Source: Octopus sinensis (Eukaryota). From it: a stretch of DNA of 64,000 nucleotides. Made by a program: the position numbers and the translations under genes. Where the stretch lies: NCBI RefSeq assembly GCF_006345805.1, contig NC_042998.1, positions 25,172,001 through 25,236,000 of the forward strand, given 5' to 3'. Positions within the stretch are counted from its first letter, which is position 1; each line of letters begins with the position of its first letter. The notes under the pieces are model-generated. The model was not told where the DNA came from. It saw only the letters and a program-made list of their open reading frames with translations, and searched no databases. Shown here piece after piece: positions 1 through 13,820 of the stretch.

Positions 1-384
1 TTCAGTAATTTTTCGCTGGCTAAGATCAGCCTCAGATTGCCCAACAATATGACCTCTTTGAAAATCTGATAGTTCTGCTGAATTTTTTGTGTGTGGCATG
101 ATTTCTCTTCAAAAATGTTTAATATAATTGCACCTGGAATAAAAAGGAATAATTACAATGTAAATTCTACACTACTGAAAACATTTTAAGATGCTTAGAT
201 CAGAAATTTGGAAAATTAAAGGTGTCTATTTACTTCCTGCATGTCTGTGTATATGTATGTATAAATTTATATACATATATCACATATATTCACAATATTA
301 AATATGCATCAAACATAACAATTTTCACTTACTTCCCATTGCCATTTAAGCCTTATATTATGGCACCCCATCAATTATGATGAT

Positions 385-743
385 GAGGGTTCCAGTTCTG
401 ATCAACAGAACAGCCTGCTCGTGAAATTAACATGCAAGTGGCTGAGCACTCCACAGACACGTGTACCCTTAATGTAATTCTCAGGGGAGATTCAGCATGA
501 CACAGAGTGTGACAAAGCTGGCCCCTTTGAAATACAGGTACAACAGAAACAGGAAGAAAGAGCGAGAGAAAGTTATGGTGAAAGAATACAGCAGGGATCA
601 CCACCAGCCCCTGCCGGAGCCTCATGGAGCTTTAGGTGTTTTCGCTCAATAAACACTCACAACGCTCGGTCTAGGAATCAAAACTGCGATCCTACAACCA
701 CGAGTCCATTGCCATTGGATTCACTGGGCCATTGCACCTCCAC
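385..743 (-). mobile_element. tRNA-derived SINE, family B
   Basis: Minus-strand head GTGGAGGTGCAATGGCCCAGTG with A/B-box-like motifs; body matches the copy at 17421-17808. Confidence 0.8.
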
Positions 744-774
744 AAGCCTTATATAAACTATATAAGAATCAAAA

Positions 775-1187
775 GGTGGCGAGCTGGCAGAACCGTTAGC
801 ACGCCGGGCGAAATGCGTAGCCGTATTTCGTCTGCCGTTACGTTCTGAGTTCAAATTCCGCCAAGGTCGACTTTGCCTTTCATCCTTTCTGGGTCGATAA
901 ATAAAGTACCAGTTTCGCACTGGGGTCGATGTAATCGACTTAATCCCTTTATCTGTCCTTGTTTGTCCTTTCTGTGTTTAGCCCCTTATGGGTAGTAAAG
1001 AAATAAGTATTCCATCTGCCAATATGTTCTGAGTTCAAATTCCGCCAAGGTCGACTTTGCCTTTCATCCTTTCTAGGTCGATAAATAAAGTACCAGTTTC
1101 GCACTGGGGTCGATGTAATCGACTTAATCCCTTTATCTGTCCTTGTTTGTCCCCTCTATGTTTAGCCCCTTGTGGACAATAAAGAAA
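775..1187 (+). mobile_element. tRNA-derived SINE, family A (Meta/MESC-like core), body duplicated in tandem
   Basis: Head GGTGGCGAGCTGGCAGAA...GAGTTCAAATTCC, core GCCTTTCATCCTTTC.GGTCGATAAA..AAGTACCAG, tail ending AATAAAGAAA; body present twice. Confidence 0.85.
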
Positions 1188-2096
1188 TATATATAAGAAT
1201 CAATGGTTGTGTCATTATTGACTGTTGGGCAGAGAAAGAATATTCCCAGTGATATGAACCAGCGTATCAGTTTCATAAAAAGCTTTTTTCATTTTTGTTT
1301 TACCATTAATACTTTTAGAAGAAGCAGCATGGACATTAGAATTTCCAATTTTTCTTTTTCTATAAATCTGAGACTTTGTGTCTTTGTAAGAAATCAATAT
1401 CTCTTATCTGTTTAGTTGTTTCTTGGTTATTGCCGCCTTGATTTCTTTTCTAGTTTTCAGTTTATTTTCTATGTGTTAATTCAATAATTCGTTAATAAAA
1501 CATCCTCTTTTAATTGCAGGGCTTCAAAATGATGACATAAGAATTTTACAACTGAGGAGATTAATTAAATTTTCTGTAGCATTCTATATACCTAAATTAA
1601 AATTAATGATTAAAATCACTTAGATAAAGCTTAGCTTTTTTTTGTTTGTTTTTTATTTTCTCTTAGCTATAAATAGAATAAAGATATATGAATGAAAAAC
1701 AGGTATTTATGATACTTGCCTTAGCTAATAGATGTTTTCAACTACTGACAGAGGTTTGAGTGAATTAGCCTTGGCTGCCAGTGTCTGGATAGTCTTTGAG
1801 AATAACCAGAACTTTTTATATTTCATCTGTTTAGGGTGGAAGGACTAAGAAAGAGAAGTGCTGTTTAGGATATACGCTAGCTATTTAATGCAAAATGATT
1901 AAGACAAACCAATTTACCTAATGAATAATAGGCAGGAAAATTGATTGGTTGGTCATTGAGACATGATAGAAGTAACATGTTAGTAATGGTTACGATCAGA
2001 ATATCACATGAGAGTATAAATTATCTTTGATCAGAACACATAATTCTACTTTGCATTTATCAAGCTGAAGAAGGACATTGACAGAGTAATGCATTT

Positions 2097-2745
2097 TCTG
2101 GTATGGAAAGTGCTTGGAAACCCAGGATCAGAGGAACGACTTTGTGAGATCGTTTTGCAGTCTTTTATCTTTTGACTTGTTTCGGTCACCAGACTGCGGC
2201 CATGCTGGAGCATTGATTGCCTTGAAGGGGTTAGTCAAACAAATCGACTCCAGGCCTTATGATTTTTTTTTTAAATTTGCAATACATTATCTGGTATGGA
2301 AAGTGCTTGGAAACCCAGGACTTTGTGAGATTGTTTTTCAGTCTTTTATCTTTTGACTGTTTCAGTCTCCAGACTGCAGCCATGCTGGAGCATTGATTGC
2401 CTTGAAGGGGTTAATCAAACAAATTGACTCCAGGACTTATGATTTAAAAAAAAAAATTTTATACTTATCCTATCAGTCTCTTTTGCCAAGACGCAGAGTT
2501 ACAAGGATGTAAAAAAAACCAGCACAGACGCAAACACACACATGCATGCACACGCACAAACACACACACACACATACACCATAACAACAGCAAGTTTCTT
2601 TCTGTTTCTTTGTAAATTATCCACTCACAAGGCTTTGCTTGGCTTGAAGCTATAGTCAAAATGTCTTGCCTGGGTGCTAGACAGTGGGTCTGAAGACAAG
2701 ACCATATGGCTGGGAAGCAAGCCCTTTACCCATAGAGCTGTGCAC
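2097..2745 (-). mobile_element. Degenerate SINE family C with ~190-bp local duplication
   Basis: GGCCATGCTGGAGCA and ATCCACTCACAAGGCTTTG motifs; TCTGGTATGGAAAGTGCTTGGAAACCCAGGA occurs at ~2097 and ~2290. Confidence 0.7.
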
Positions 2746-2837
2746 CAAGCAAAAGCCAACAGTAAATTCAGTGAAGAATTTAGTGCCCAGGTAGGTGGTC
2801 ATCAAAGATCTGTCCTCAGTTTCATTTCTTACTTTGT

Positions 2838-2877
<40 letters not shown>

Positions 2878-3553
2878 TTAGCAAATCCTCTCAGTATTGC
2901 ATAGAATTCATTTTATCATTGCGCTGGCAGGGGAGCATAGGGCCTTTTCCGATCGGGGTAGCCGACAGAGCTGGACGTGTGAGCACTTTGTCAACGTAGG
3001 GGAAAAGCAGCTGCTATTTTTAGCGTTCGGGTCGGGCCACGTGGAAGGGTGCATTACCGCTGGAGAGGTCTGCATCAACGAAGAGAAGGTAGGTGCCTCT
3101 ATTTCAAATCTCCTGCATACACCACAGTAAGAAAGAGGTGGAAGAAGTTTGGTGAGTTAATGTCGCCATTAGGGGGAAAACAAAAATATTTGGTCTACAA
3201 AAGACAGAAACTTTGAAGCATGTATGAGATTCTATGATGCTATATACTAAGGCATCAAGTGCAGTGAATGTAAAAGACTCGCAGAAATGAGTGAGAAAAG
3301 AGATAACAATAATCAGTTCCCTATGAACAGGATGTCTATAAAGTCCATGTGGTGCAATTTAAAATATTTGTAACTCTGTAACTATACATGACAGAATTAA
3401 TCTGCAAAAATGATAAGAAAGGACAAGTATTTAAAATAATCATTGAGATTGTTATTTTTCAGCATGTCCACCATCATTATGTATACAAACAGTAATATAA
3501 TTCTGTAGGTCGTGCAAAATATTTTGCTATTTGTTTTTAGTAATATCATCTAA

Positions 3554-3946
3554 CTAGTAGTATCGCCCAGCGTTGCTTGGGGTGGTTTCGACCTTTTAGA
3601 ATTGGAATTTTTGAAAAGTAAAAATGTTGCATTATGTAGCTTGTTATTCTCTTTAAGTGAACATTTTTCTGGTTGAAATACACCGAAAAATGACGACACA
3701 GCAGTCAAAAAAATCGTAAAAAATAGGGATTTTCATAGAAAAAAAGCACCTTTTTGATGTAAATAATTTTTGGTGTTAACTTGGTCCGATTTGAATTTTT
3801 TCTTCTACGGAAGGAAGAGCAAGCCTTCTTCTATTATACTCTCAATTTTGGTCAACTAGCGCAGTAGTTTCTCGGAGGAGATAACGTTAGTTGAAGGCTG
3901 CCAAACCTGCCATACACAGACAACTTCAGCTTTATATATAGAGAGA
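3554..3946 (-). mobile_element. Non-autonomous Helitron
   Basis: Minus strand reads A|TCTCTCTATATATAAAG...imperfect GC hairpin...CTAG|T with no TSD; second copy at 20400-20746. Confidence 0.8.
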
Positions 3947-4545
3947 TTGCATTATTCATCCTAGTTTGCAAGTCTTCTAAAGATAGAGGTTTAATTGAGT
4001 AAACATTACTTTTCACTGTGTGTTGCTTCTTTATTGTAACGAGTTCTAAATCTTCTTTGGACAGTGATGGTAGATTTTAGTTCAGCCAGCCAAAGAATAC
4101 AGTTTACTTTCTCTTCCAGTGAACAGCGATTCTGCCCCCAAAAAAAAACACGTTATTTTGAAGTTTATTCTTTTACCTGTTTCACTCGTTTTACTGTGGC
4201 CATGCTGGAGCACCGCCTTTAGTTGAGCAAATTGACCCCAGTGTTTATTTTTTTGTAAAGCCTAGTACTTATTCTATTAGTCACTTTTACTGAACCACTA
4301 AGTTACCCTCTCTCTCTTTCGGAAAGGCACTGAGCACCTACACGCACACATACACACATGGCAGTAACTTCCGCCTACCGAATTCAATCACAAAGCTTCA
4401 GTCGACTCGGGGCTATAGCGGAAGACGCCTGCCCAAAGTGCCACGCAGTGGGACTGAACCCGGGGATGTAAACACACCAGCATCAGTTGTTAAGCGATGT
4501 TGGGGGGAACAAGCACAGACACACAAACATATACACACACATATG

Positions 4546-4578
<33 letters not shown>

Positions 4579-4664
4579 GTAGGTCCCGGGTTGATTCGGG
4601 GTTAACCACAGTAAGTAAGGTACTCAATACATAGCAGAGTAAAATTAATTTATTATATAGAAGG

Positions 4665-4715
4665 AGCTTCTACAGGACTAGTACTGTTTCATTCAAGAGA
4701 AATCTTCAGGAAGCT
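4665..4715 (-). ncRNA. Type I hammerhead ribozyme motif
   Basis: Minus strand agcttc-CTGAAGA-tttc tctt gaat-GAAA-cag tactagtc ctg-TA-gaagct: 6-bp stem I, canonical core, stem III with palindromic ACTAGT loop, GUA cleavage triplet; first stem II pair is a T/T mismatch. Confidence 0.75.
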
Positions 4716-4984
4716 ATTTAACAAGAATTGTATTAGCATTTATACATTTAGGCAGGTTTAAAGGAGTGGTGGTGGGGGACTTTTTGGGGGTAGGCATAGC
4801 GCAAAATATCATACTTGGGGGAGTGGTCAAGGAGTCAGTGGTAAGTTAGATGAAAGAATAGATAAATAAAAAATAAAAAATAAAAAAATAAAAAAATAAA
4901 AAAATAAAAAAATAAATAAATAAAAAATAAAATAATAAAATAAAAAATAAAAAAATAAAAATGCACACACAACACACCTAGTTC

Positions 4985-5586
4985 CCTATATACACATATT
5001 TACACCTATATATACACATACACCCACATACGCATATGTACATACATATACATATATATATACATATACACGCATACATATATATACATGTGTGCACATA
5101 CATACACACACACACATACATACACATACACATACACATGTGTACCTATACATACCTACACACACACACATACATACATACATATATATATATATATACA
5201 ATCCAATACAGGCCCATTCCCTAATTTTAATTTTATTATCTTCATTTATTACTTTTGTTATCTTTGATCGCTAGAGCTAAGGATCCTGGCTATGGCAGCA
5301 TGTCCATTTGTCTGTCTACTAGAAGGCAAGTACTCATTCCCGCACGCACACTCGTTAGCACGTACATTCACCCATTCGTACACTCATACACATACACGTA
5401 CGCACGCGTTATATTCATACATACAAATATCTACATACGTTCACGTATATACACATACGTACTCGTACCTACAGATTCGTGTCTACACTTTAGGAGGCTA
5501 GTCTATACATATACACCAATAAATATACATATATATATATATATACACATATACATACACACACACACATATATATACATACATAC

Positions 5587-5617
<31 letters not shown>

Positions 5618-5630
5618 CATACATACACAT

Positions 5631-5673
<43 letters not shown>

Positions 5674-5884
5674 CATATATATATACATACATACACATAC
5701 ACACACACACATACACACACATACATACACATATATATATATATAATATATACATACACAAACATATATACACACATATATATACATACACACACATACA
5801 TACATACATACATATATATACATACATACATACATACATCCATACATCCATACTTACATGCATTTATACGCATACACACACCCA

Positions 5885-5923
<39 letters not shown>

Positions 5924-6196
5924 TCACACATACATATACAAATATACGCACACACATACATACATACACGTATACACATACACGCACATACACATATACA
6001 TGCGTACCCATACACGTGCACACACGCACACGCATCCAAATATACACACACACATATATATACACGTGTGCAAGCATACATACATACTCATACGCGCACA
6101 CATACTTACATATACATATATGCACACACTTACACACATATATATACATACACATATACATGCATACATACATATATGCCTACATACACACACGCA

Positions 6197-6254
<58 letters not shown>

Positions 6255-6432
6255 TATATTATACATACATACACATACATATACATACACATATACATAT
6301 ACATACACATACACATACATACATATATATACACATATATACACATATACACATACATATATACACATATACATACATATACATACCCACACACATACAT
6401 ATATACATATACACTGATACACATATCCATAC

Positions 6433-6468
<36 letters not shown>

Positions 6469-6585
6469 TCATGCATATACTTATATCTCTACATACTCAC
6501 ATATATAAACATATATACATATACACACATATATATATATTATACATGTACATACACATACGCATACATATATATATATATATAC

Positions 6586-6622
<37 letters not shown>

Positions 6623-6624
6623 TA
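4985..6624. repeat. Compound (TA)n/(CA)n/(TACA)n microsatellite
   Basis: Directly visible; source of the many spurious Y/I/H/T and C/V/M ORFs. Confidence 0.95.
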
Positions 6625-7076
6625 ACGGCCTTCTTCCAGTTTCTGTCTACCAAATCCACTCACAAGGCTTTGATCGGCCTAAGGGTATAGGAGAAGACAC
6701 TTGCTCAAGGTGGCACACAGTGAGACTGAACCCGAAACTACTTACCACACAACCACTCCTGCACCTAAGTTTCAAGAAATAGATAAAGTATGATCAAAAT
6801 ATAATAAGCAAAACAAATAATAAACACATTTTTTAAAGGCAAGAAAAAAGTCTAGACACATCAAACTTTCTTAACTTTTTTATAGATCTGTTCTATCAAA
6901 TATACATACCAAGATATCGATATATAAAATTGTACACAGACATTTTAGATACCCTGTATAATATTAACTCACATAAAAGATGGACTTGTTAAAGGTGAGT
7001 TAAAAGAGCAGCTGATCATTGATAGCTTCAGCTGATGAAGTTACATTGGTACAGAACTGCGAATCGGGTGGCTAAT

Positions 7077-7304
7077 ACCTATTTCTTTACTACCCACAAG
7101 GGGCTAAACACAGAGAGGACAAACAAGGACAGACAAACAGATTAAGTCGATTATATCGACCCCAGTGCATAACTGGTACTTATTCAATCGACCCCAAGAG
7201 GATGAAAGGCAAAGTCGACCTTGGCGGAATTTGAACACTGAACATAACGGCAGACGAAATACGGCTACGCATTTCGCCCGGCGTGCTAACGTTTCTGCCA
7301 GCTG
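7077..7304 (-). mobile_element. SINE family A
   Basis: Reverse complement of the 775-1003 unit. Confidence 0.85.
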
Positions 7305-7479
7305 GCTAATATCTTTGAGAGGAAATGTGTGATATCTCGTTGGTAAATGGATATCTTTTACAGAAGAAGACGTGGCATGATTGGATATCATGATACTGTG
7401 TTTCAAAATCTTAATATACAGAGGGGATAAATGGTTTAGGCTTTTGGCAATTTACTGTGCTTGAGAAGAAATGTCAAGC

Positions 7480-7782
7480 TAGGTGAAATCGTAGTCGTGG
7501 TCAGTACTGGTGATATATAAAAGGCACCCATGCAGCTGATGCATAAAAGAAACCTGGTACACAGTGGTTGGTATTGGGAAGGGCTTCCAGCCATAGTAGA
7601 AATAATGACAAATCAGACTGGAACCATGGTGCAGCTCTCTGGCTTACCAGTTCTAGTCCAAACCATCTAACCCATGCCAGCATGGAAGACAGACACTAAA
7701 TGATGATGATGATGATTGATGGTGATGATTGATGATGATGATGATGATTGATGATTGATGATTGATGGTGATGATTGATGAT

Positions 7783-7841
<59 letters not shown>

Positions 7842-7960
7842 GATGGTGATGATTGATGATGGTGATTGATGATTGATGGTGATGGTTGATGATGATGGTG
7901 ATGATAATGATGATGATAAGGATGATGATTGATGATGATGAGGAGGAGGATTATGATGAT
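7480..7960 (+). mobile_element. SINE-like family D with expanded (GAT)n/(GATT)n tail
   Basis: GGAAGGGC.TCCAGCC...CCCATGCCAGCATGGAA then a long GAT tract; same family at ~10005, 24338, 39175, 42125, 57960, 59071. Confidence 0.7.
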
Positions 7961-8333
7961 GACAACGATGACGAAAGTGGTAATATTCTTTACTATTGAT
8001 CAATGCGAACTCCACCCCCATCAGATTACAAAATCTAGATATTAAAATGATGATGATCATGATGATGATCATGATGATGGGTGGGTGGGTGATGATATAA
8101 ACATAAAGAGGTTAAAAAAAATAAACACCATCTCCTTTCGTTTAATTGATGATTATAAAATATATTACAAAGATTACATTGAAATAAATATTCATTCATG
8201 CAATAAATACTCATCCATTCGATTAATACTCCTTCTTGTATGTGGAAGTTCAATGGAAACATAAACCAATAAATTCTTCTATGTGAATATCAATAACAAA
8301 ATATTGTGTGAGAATCGGTCATTAAACGGGGTC

Positions 8334-8364
<31 letters not shown>

Positions 8365-8501
8365 GTGAAGGTGCATGGCTCAGTGGTTAGAGCGTCGAGC
8401 TTACGATCATGAGGTTGTGAGCTCGAATCCCGGACCGGGCTGCGTGTTGTGCTCTTGAGCACAGTCAAATGACAGAAGCAAGTAAAAGAGTATATATATA
8501 T

Positions 8502-8541
<40 letters not shown>

Positions 8542-9151
8542 CACTGTGTAGTTCTGCCTTCTGTAGGAAAGATACCATCATCAGAACATAAGATTAAATA
8601 AGAAAAAAGAAGAAAAATACAAACGTAAGAAAAAATAATTTACTGAGATATAATATTCCTTTATTTCATGGAAATTAATTAACAGATTTTATAAACAATA
8701 TTAGCCATTCTTTGGCAGGATTTTAATCATTAAATGTTAGTGACTTTTACAATTAAATTACAAAATTTCAAATTTTGTACAAAAAGCATTATTTTGATAG
8801 AAGGTATATTGTTGGTTTGTCTACATATTCTTGTTACTTTATTTCCATTAAGTTATAATCAATATATTTCCCAGGTGGCATCACAATGTCTGTAAACTCA
8901 GGTAAGGCTTCTTTTAGAAATGATGTAGATCACCAGTGGAAGATTTTCAATCTAGGTGAGTGACTATTTCGAAATGAAAATGCTAAAAGTGAAGAGGTGT
9001 CCATCCAAACTGACGAATGAATATCCCCACAATGCTAGTTATTGCTGATTATTTGATAAAATTTCATCCATTTGATTGAAAGTTACCTGAAAAATTGTCC
9101 TCTTAATAATGGTGATTCTTTCACTGAATGTTATAGATTTTAAGATTGTTA

Positions 9152-9238
<87 letters not shown>

Positions 9239-9247
9239 CATCTATCT
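9152..9247. repeat. (TCTA)n microsatellite
   Basis: Directly visible. Confidence 0.95.
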
Positions 9248-9640
9248 AAAAAAAGATGGGTGAATGTAGCAAGGATGGCACGTATGAATGACGAAGCAAC
9301 CTTGAGCATAATCCTATGAACCCTGAAAAATTTTAAACAGAGAGTTACTTACTTGCAAAATAAATGTGTTAACATGTGACATCATTGACCGAGGTTACCG
9401 TGGTCTTTTCCGTAGGCTTTTCTTTCCATGGATAAACCTTATCTGTTCCTTCCTTTACACTTTACATCATGACATTTCTGTGATACATGATCCCTATTGA
9501 TCATTTTTTGTTTTTTATTACGATCCCTTTTGATCGAAAACCTACCCCCCTTTTTTACATTTCTTTTTTTCTCCTCCAAAAAAAAGCTCTACTTTGTAAT
9601 TTGTCCCCTCTGTATTCAGCCCTGTGTAGCAAATAAAGAG
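9248..9640 (+). mobile_element. 3' end of a probable L1/Tx1-like LINE
   Basis: Translates KRWVNVARMARMNDEATLSIIL*, then a 3' UTR ending TTGTCCCCTCTGTATTCAGCCCTGTGTAGCAAATAAAG; flanked by TCTA repeats on both sides. Confidence 0.45.
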
Positions 9641-9645
9641 ACATA

Positions 9646-9676
<31 letters not shown>

Positions 9677-9679
9677 ATC

Positions 9680-9798
<119 letters not shown>

Positions 9799-10259
9799 TA
9801 GTGATGGTATGTTGTCAACTTATGTGACAGTCCCATGAAAGGGAAGAATGCTACTGTTATTTAGCCCTGGGAAACACCGTTTCCTGTTGGCCTTGACACA
9901 TTTCCTGTGTCCTTATGTTTTCAAAGGCAAATAGGCATCAACAGCTAGCAAGCCATGCTGCTACTGTATAAATCTCTCCGAGAGATTTAAAAACGTACTG
10001 TTTCATCATCATCATCATCGTTTAACGTCTGCTCCCCATGCTAGCATGGGTTGGATGATTTGACTGAGGACTGGCAAACCAGATGGCTGCACCAGTCTCC
10101 ATTTTATATGTATATATAATAGTGTATAAACAATTAAACTAGTTATACATGAAAGAGGTGACATTTGACAGGACGCCTTACATGCTAGAAAGAGCAGTCA
10201 GAGCCCAAACCACAAATAAAAGCAATTTATTTGCTTACCCCTTGAAAGTATGAAAAACA

Positions 10260-10480
10260 GCTAATATTTCTTTCAAAATTTGCATTTGTTATGATATTTG
10301 TTCAAACACCAAAGAATCCCTCTCAACACACGGCTATGATGCTCCCCCACTACTCCTACTCATGATCAGAGATGCATATATTGCCAGCCTCTAAGAGTCC
10401 TGCTCAAGTGCTTAAGGTCAAGCAACTGACATGCACCTTTCTGGTACTGAACAGAATTTTACTATAACAATATTTCTGCT
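10260..10480. repeat. Interspersed repeat family E
   Basis: ATCCCTCTCAACACA.GGCTATGATGCTCCCCCACTACT shared with 21880-22150. Confidence 0.7.
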
Positions 10481-10694
10481 TCAGCAACTCAGTGATGAAT
10501 CTGTCTGAATCTCATCTAGGTTTTCCCATAGGATGCCCCATAGGGGTTTCAGTTGCACATACTATAGGAGTCACAGGATGCTGCTCCATGTCCCACAGTT
10601 TCCATATAACTAGGAATATTAGGGTCTCATCCATGATCTTGTATTCAAGATCTTCTGCATGACATCCTTCCAGTTCAAAGCCAGGAATCTGACC

Positions 10695-11085
10695 TGTTAG
10701 GTCCTGCCGATAACTAAATCCATGCTCTGCTGCCGATGCTTCGATTTATTGTTGTTATGGTTTTGTCTGTCTCCTACCCTTCCACCTATCTGGCCTGATA
10801 AGATCTGTCTGAAGATTTCTCTCCCTCCAGTATAGCTCTCCGGGTCAATGGAGCACACAGGCACTTCACCACGACAAGGTACTTGTTGAATTGGCCATTG
10901 ACTACACAGTAGTTCTTGCGTCCTTTGACAGGCCTTATTTTTCGCCCCGCAGGGTGTCCAAAAATCACCCTCCTCACCAAGCAAGCTTGATGGGGTTGCC
11001 AGTTTAATCGCCGACGACCCGACCATGCGACAGGTTGTACTGGATTACATGTTACCAGTAGTGCTCAAGAGCAGCCTGACATAAT
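10695..11085 (-). mobile_element. Probable 5' region of an RTE-clade LINE
   Basis: Minus strand CCTTGTCGTGGTGAAGTGCCTGTGTGCTCCATTGACCCGGAGAGCTATAC resembles the 5' motif of RTE/BovB-type elements (recalled, not searched); GC-rich island. Confidence 0.5.
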
Positions 11086-11838
11086 CTGTCTGAAATATAA
11101 TGGAAGACAGATCAGTTTCAAAACATTGATGTCAAGGTCGCAAAAGCAAAATTTGAAGGGAATAGTTGTCACTTCCTTTGATTTCTAGACAGAAGCAAAT
11201 AGAAAAAAAAATGACCAGAGACTAACAAAAATTTTTGATTTATTATTCTGTGTAATTTCACAACAAATACAGTATTACCATGACCAAAATACAAATCTAT
11301 TCTTGCCATAAATACTTTATTCTTAACATTTAAATTCCAAACTGAAACATCATCTAGATTATAGAGCATAAGGCCTCTTGCATCTGTATACCTGGGGGTT
11401 CTTGTTTGAAAGGTTGATTATTTGTGTTTCTTAGGCTTAAATCTTGCTGAAAAATCTGTTGAAGCAGGACTCCACTATCAAGGTTATTGAACAACTAACA
11501 ACGAACAGAAACCAGAACAGTAAATATTTTTAAATGTTACAATGAAATATTTTGACAATAAGTGGTGTGGGAGTTTACACAAACAACACTTGGCAAAAGA
11601 CAAAAATTAAGAAAACTTATTCCATTCAACAAATATCCATTAATTTTATAGAAACAACTTAACATACTGTATAATCAATACTAACCATTCTTTCACAGAT
11701 TAATATCATCAAATGTTAGAGCTTTTAAGATTAAAATACAAAAGTTTAAAAATTCTGTAGAAAAATCACAAGTTGTTTGAAAATGTGTTGTTGATTTGTC
11801 CTTGATATGAAATGGTTTATTTATTAGTGATATTCTGC

Positions 11839-11892
<54 letters not shown>

Positions 11893-12414
11893 GCGTGTGT
11901 GTGTGTTCGTATTTAGCAGTGTAGATGCACTTGTGTATATATTTATTAAAGCTGTTATATATGAGTATATGTTTATGAGTGGAGACATATATATATATGT
12001 TTGTATTTATCAATATATATATATTACTGTAGATATATATGTTATATATATATGTTTATATACATATGTTTATATGTGTGTAGATAAATTTGTGTTTATA
12101 TTTATCAAAGTAGATATGTACAAGTATATATTTATTAGCGTCAATATTGATGTATATATGTTTATATTTAATAAAGTTCATATGGATATATGTGTGTTTG
12201 TGTGTGCATGTGTATTTACTGTTGTAGATATATCTGTTTATATCTATTGAAGTAGATACACACACATATATTTAATAGTGTAGATATAAATGAATATGTA
12301 TTTATTAGTGACAGTTGGTAGATGTATGTGTATATAATTGTTAGCGACTTTCTCAAAATATATACTGCATATATCTATTAATGACATCTTGTAGGTATGT
12401 ATGTATATACTCAT

Positions 12415-12848
12415 TTTTACTCTTTTACTTGTTTCAGTCATTTCACCGTGGCCATACTGGAGCACCGCCTTTAGTCGAGCAAATCGACCCCACAACTTAT
12501 TTTTTGGAAGCCTAGTACTTATTCTATTGGTCTCTTTTGCTGAACCACTAAGTTACAAGGATATAAACACACCAGCATCGGTTGTCAAGTGATGTTGGGG
12601 GGATAAACACAGACACACAAACATATACACACACACATACATATATATATATGTATGTATACATATATACGACAGGCTTCTTTCAGTTTTCGTCAAAAGC
12701 AAAATTTGAAACAAATCCACTCACAAGGCTTTGGTCGGCCCAAAGCTATTGTAGAAGACACTTGGCCAAGGTGCCACACAGTGGGACTGAACCCAGAACC
12801 ATGTGGTTGGTAAGCAAGCTACTTACCACACAGCCACTCCTGCGCCTA
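12415..12848 (-). mobile_element. Full-length SINE family C
   Basis: tRNA-like head (minus AGGCGCAGGAGTGGCTGTGTGGTAAG...GGGTTCAGTCCC), internal TA/CA microsatellite, GTAAAAGA-repeat tail. Confidence 0.85.
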
Positions 12849-13532
12849 TGTATATATAATTATAAGTAACATCCTCTGTACATGTGTGCATGTGTGTGTG
12901 TATGTGTGTGTGTGTGTGTGTGTATTTATCGATGGCATTATCTGTGTATTATTTCTCTGTTCTGTCATGCACTCTGTCCTTGTCATGGCTGGAATGTCGT
13001 TATGGCCATGATTATTTTCATTAATCTCAATTGAGTCATGATCATAATCACCCAGGCTATATTCACCCTCAGTATGGCTGTAATTATGGTCAGTATGGCT
13101 TTAATCATTATGGCCATCCTTGGAGGTCAACATGACAATTGTGATTGTAGTAATTTAATAGCAAAACATACCTGCTTCATCAGGCCTGTAATAAATAACT
13201 ATTATGTTTTGGTTTGGTTTTTAATCCAAGCTACATTATCCAATGTGGTCCTTTTCTAAGATGGTTGGGTTTGTTTTGGGGGAGATTTTGACTGTTCTTT
13301 CTATTACTTGAACTACCTGCTGTTATCCTTTACTTGTTTCAGTCATTAGGCTGCAGCCATGCTGGAGCACTGTCTTGAAGAATTTTTAGAATTTTTAGCC
13401 GAATGAATCAACCCCAATATTAATTTTTATTTTAAGCTTGGTACTTATTCTATCTGTCACTTTTGCTAAACTGCTAAGTTACAGAGACATAAACATGCCG
13501 ACAAGTGGTGGGAGACAAACACAGACACAAAG

Positions 13533-13567
<35 letters not shown>

Positions 13568-13733
13568 TCAAAAGGATGTGTTATAACACTATTCCACATA
13601 TACAGAAACAGCCATACCAACAATCCAACATGCCTCCATCATCAGCTGCCATACAGATATCCTTATGGTTTCGACACCTGGGCAGTACTACCATTGACAA
13701 TTGAGACATTGCTGTTGTTCCTGAGTAGTTTGC

Positions 13734-13820
13734 CCTCCTGATGATGTCTTGAGCTAACTGGATCCTATAAAGGAGCTGTTGTGGTAGCAGTCCACGAAAC
13801 ATGGTTGAAATTCCTCAGCG
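13734..13820 (+). mobile_element. Terminal fragment of the HERO-like LINE 3' UTR
   Basis: CCTCCTGATGATGTCTTGAGCTAACTGGATCC... nearly identical to 52431-52510 and to 16780-16865 (minus). Confidence 0.6.

Larger units (their letters stand above)
4165..6766 (-). mobile_element. SINE family C split by ~2 kb of insertion and microsatellite expansion
   Basis: 3' half at ~4165-4560 and head half at ~6625-6766 flank an HHR-bearing repeat and a giant TA/CA tract. Confidence 0.65.

Noticed and set aside
775-860. tRNA genes at SINE heads
   Set aside because: A/B-box-like motifs only; no complete cloverleaf, and always fused to SINE bodies.
2920-3130. GC-rich 77-aa ORF
   Set aside because: Possibly a decayed LINE fragment; no diagnostic motif.
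4986-6782. Long ORFs rich in Y/I/H/T or C/V/M (also at 11.8, 28.8, 38.7, 43.2 and 46.2 kb)
   Set aside because: Translations of dinucleotide microsatellites, open in many frames on both strands.
7025-7075. CTGATGA-agtt..aact HHR-like start (similar relic at 28582-28600)
   Set aside because: At 7025 GAAA is degraded; at 28582 the stems do not form convincingly.
8955-9020. Ankyrin-like GWTPLHF*HFHFEIV on the minus strand
   Set aside because: In-frame stop, wrong spacing, single short match; probably chance.
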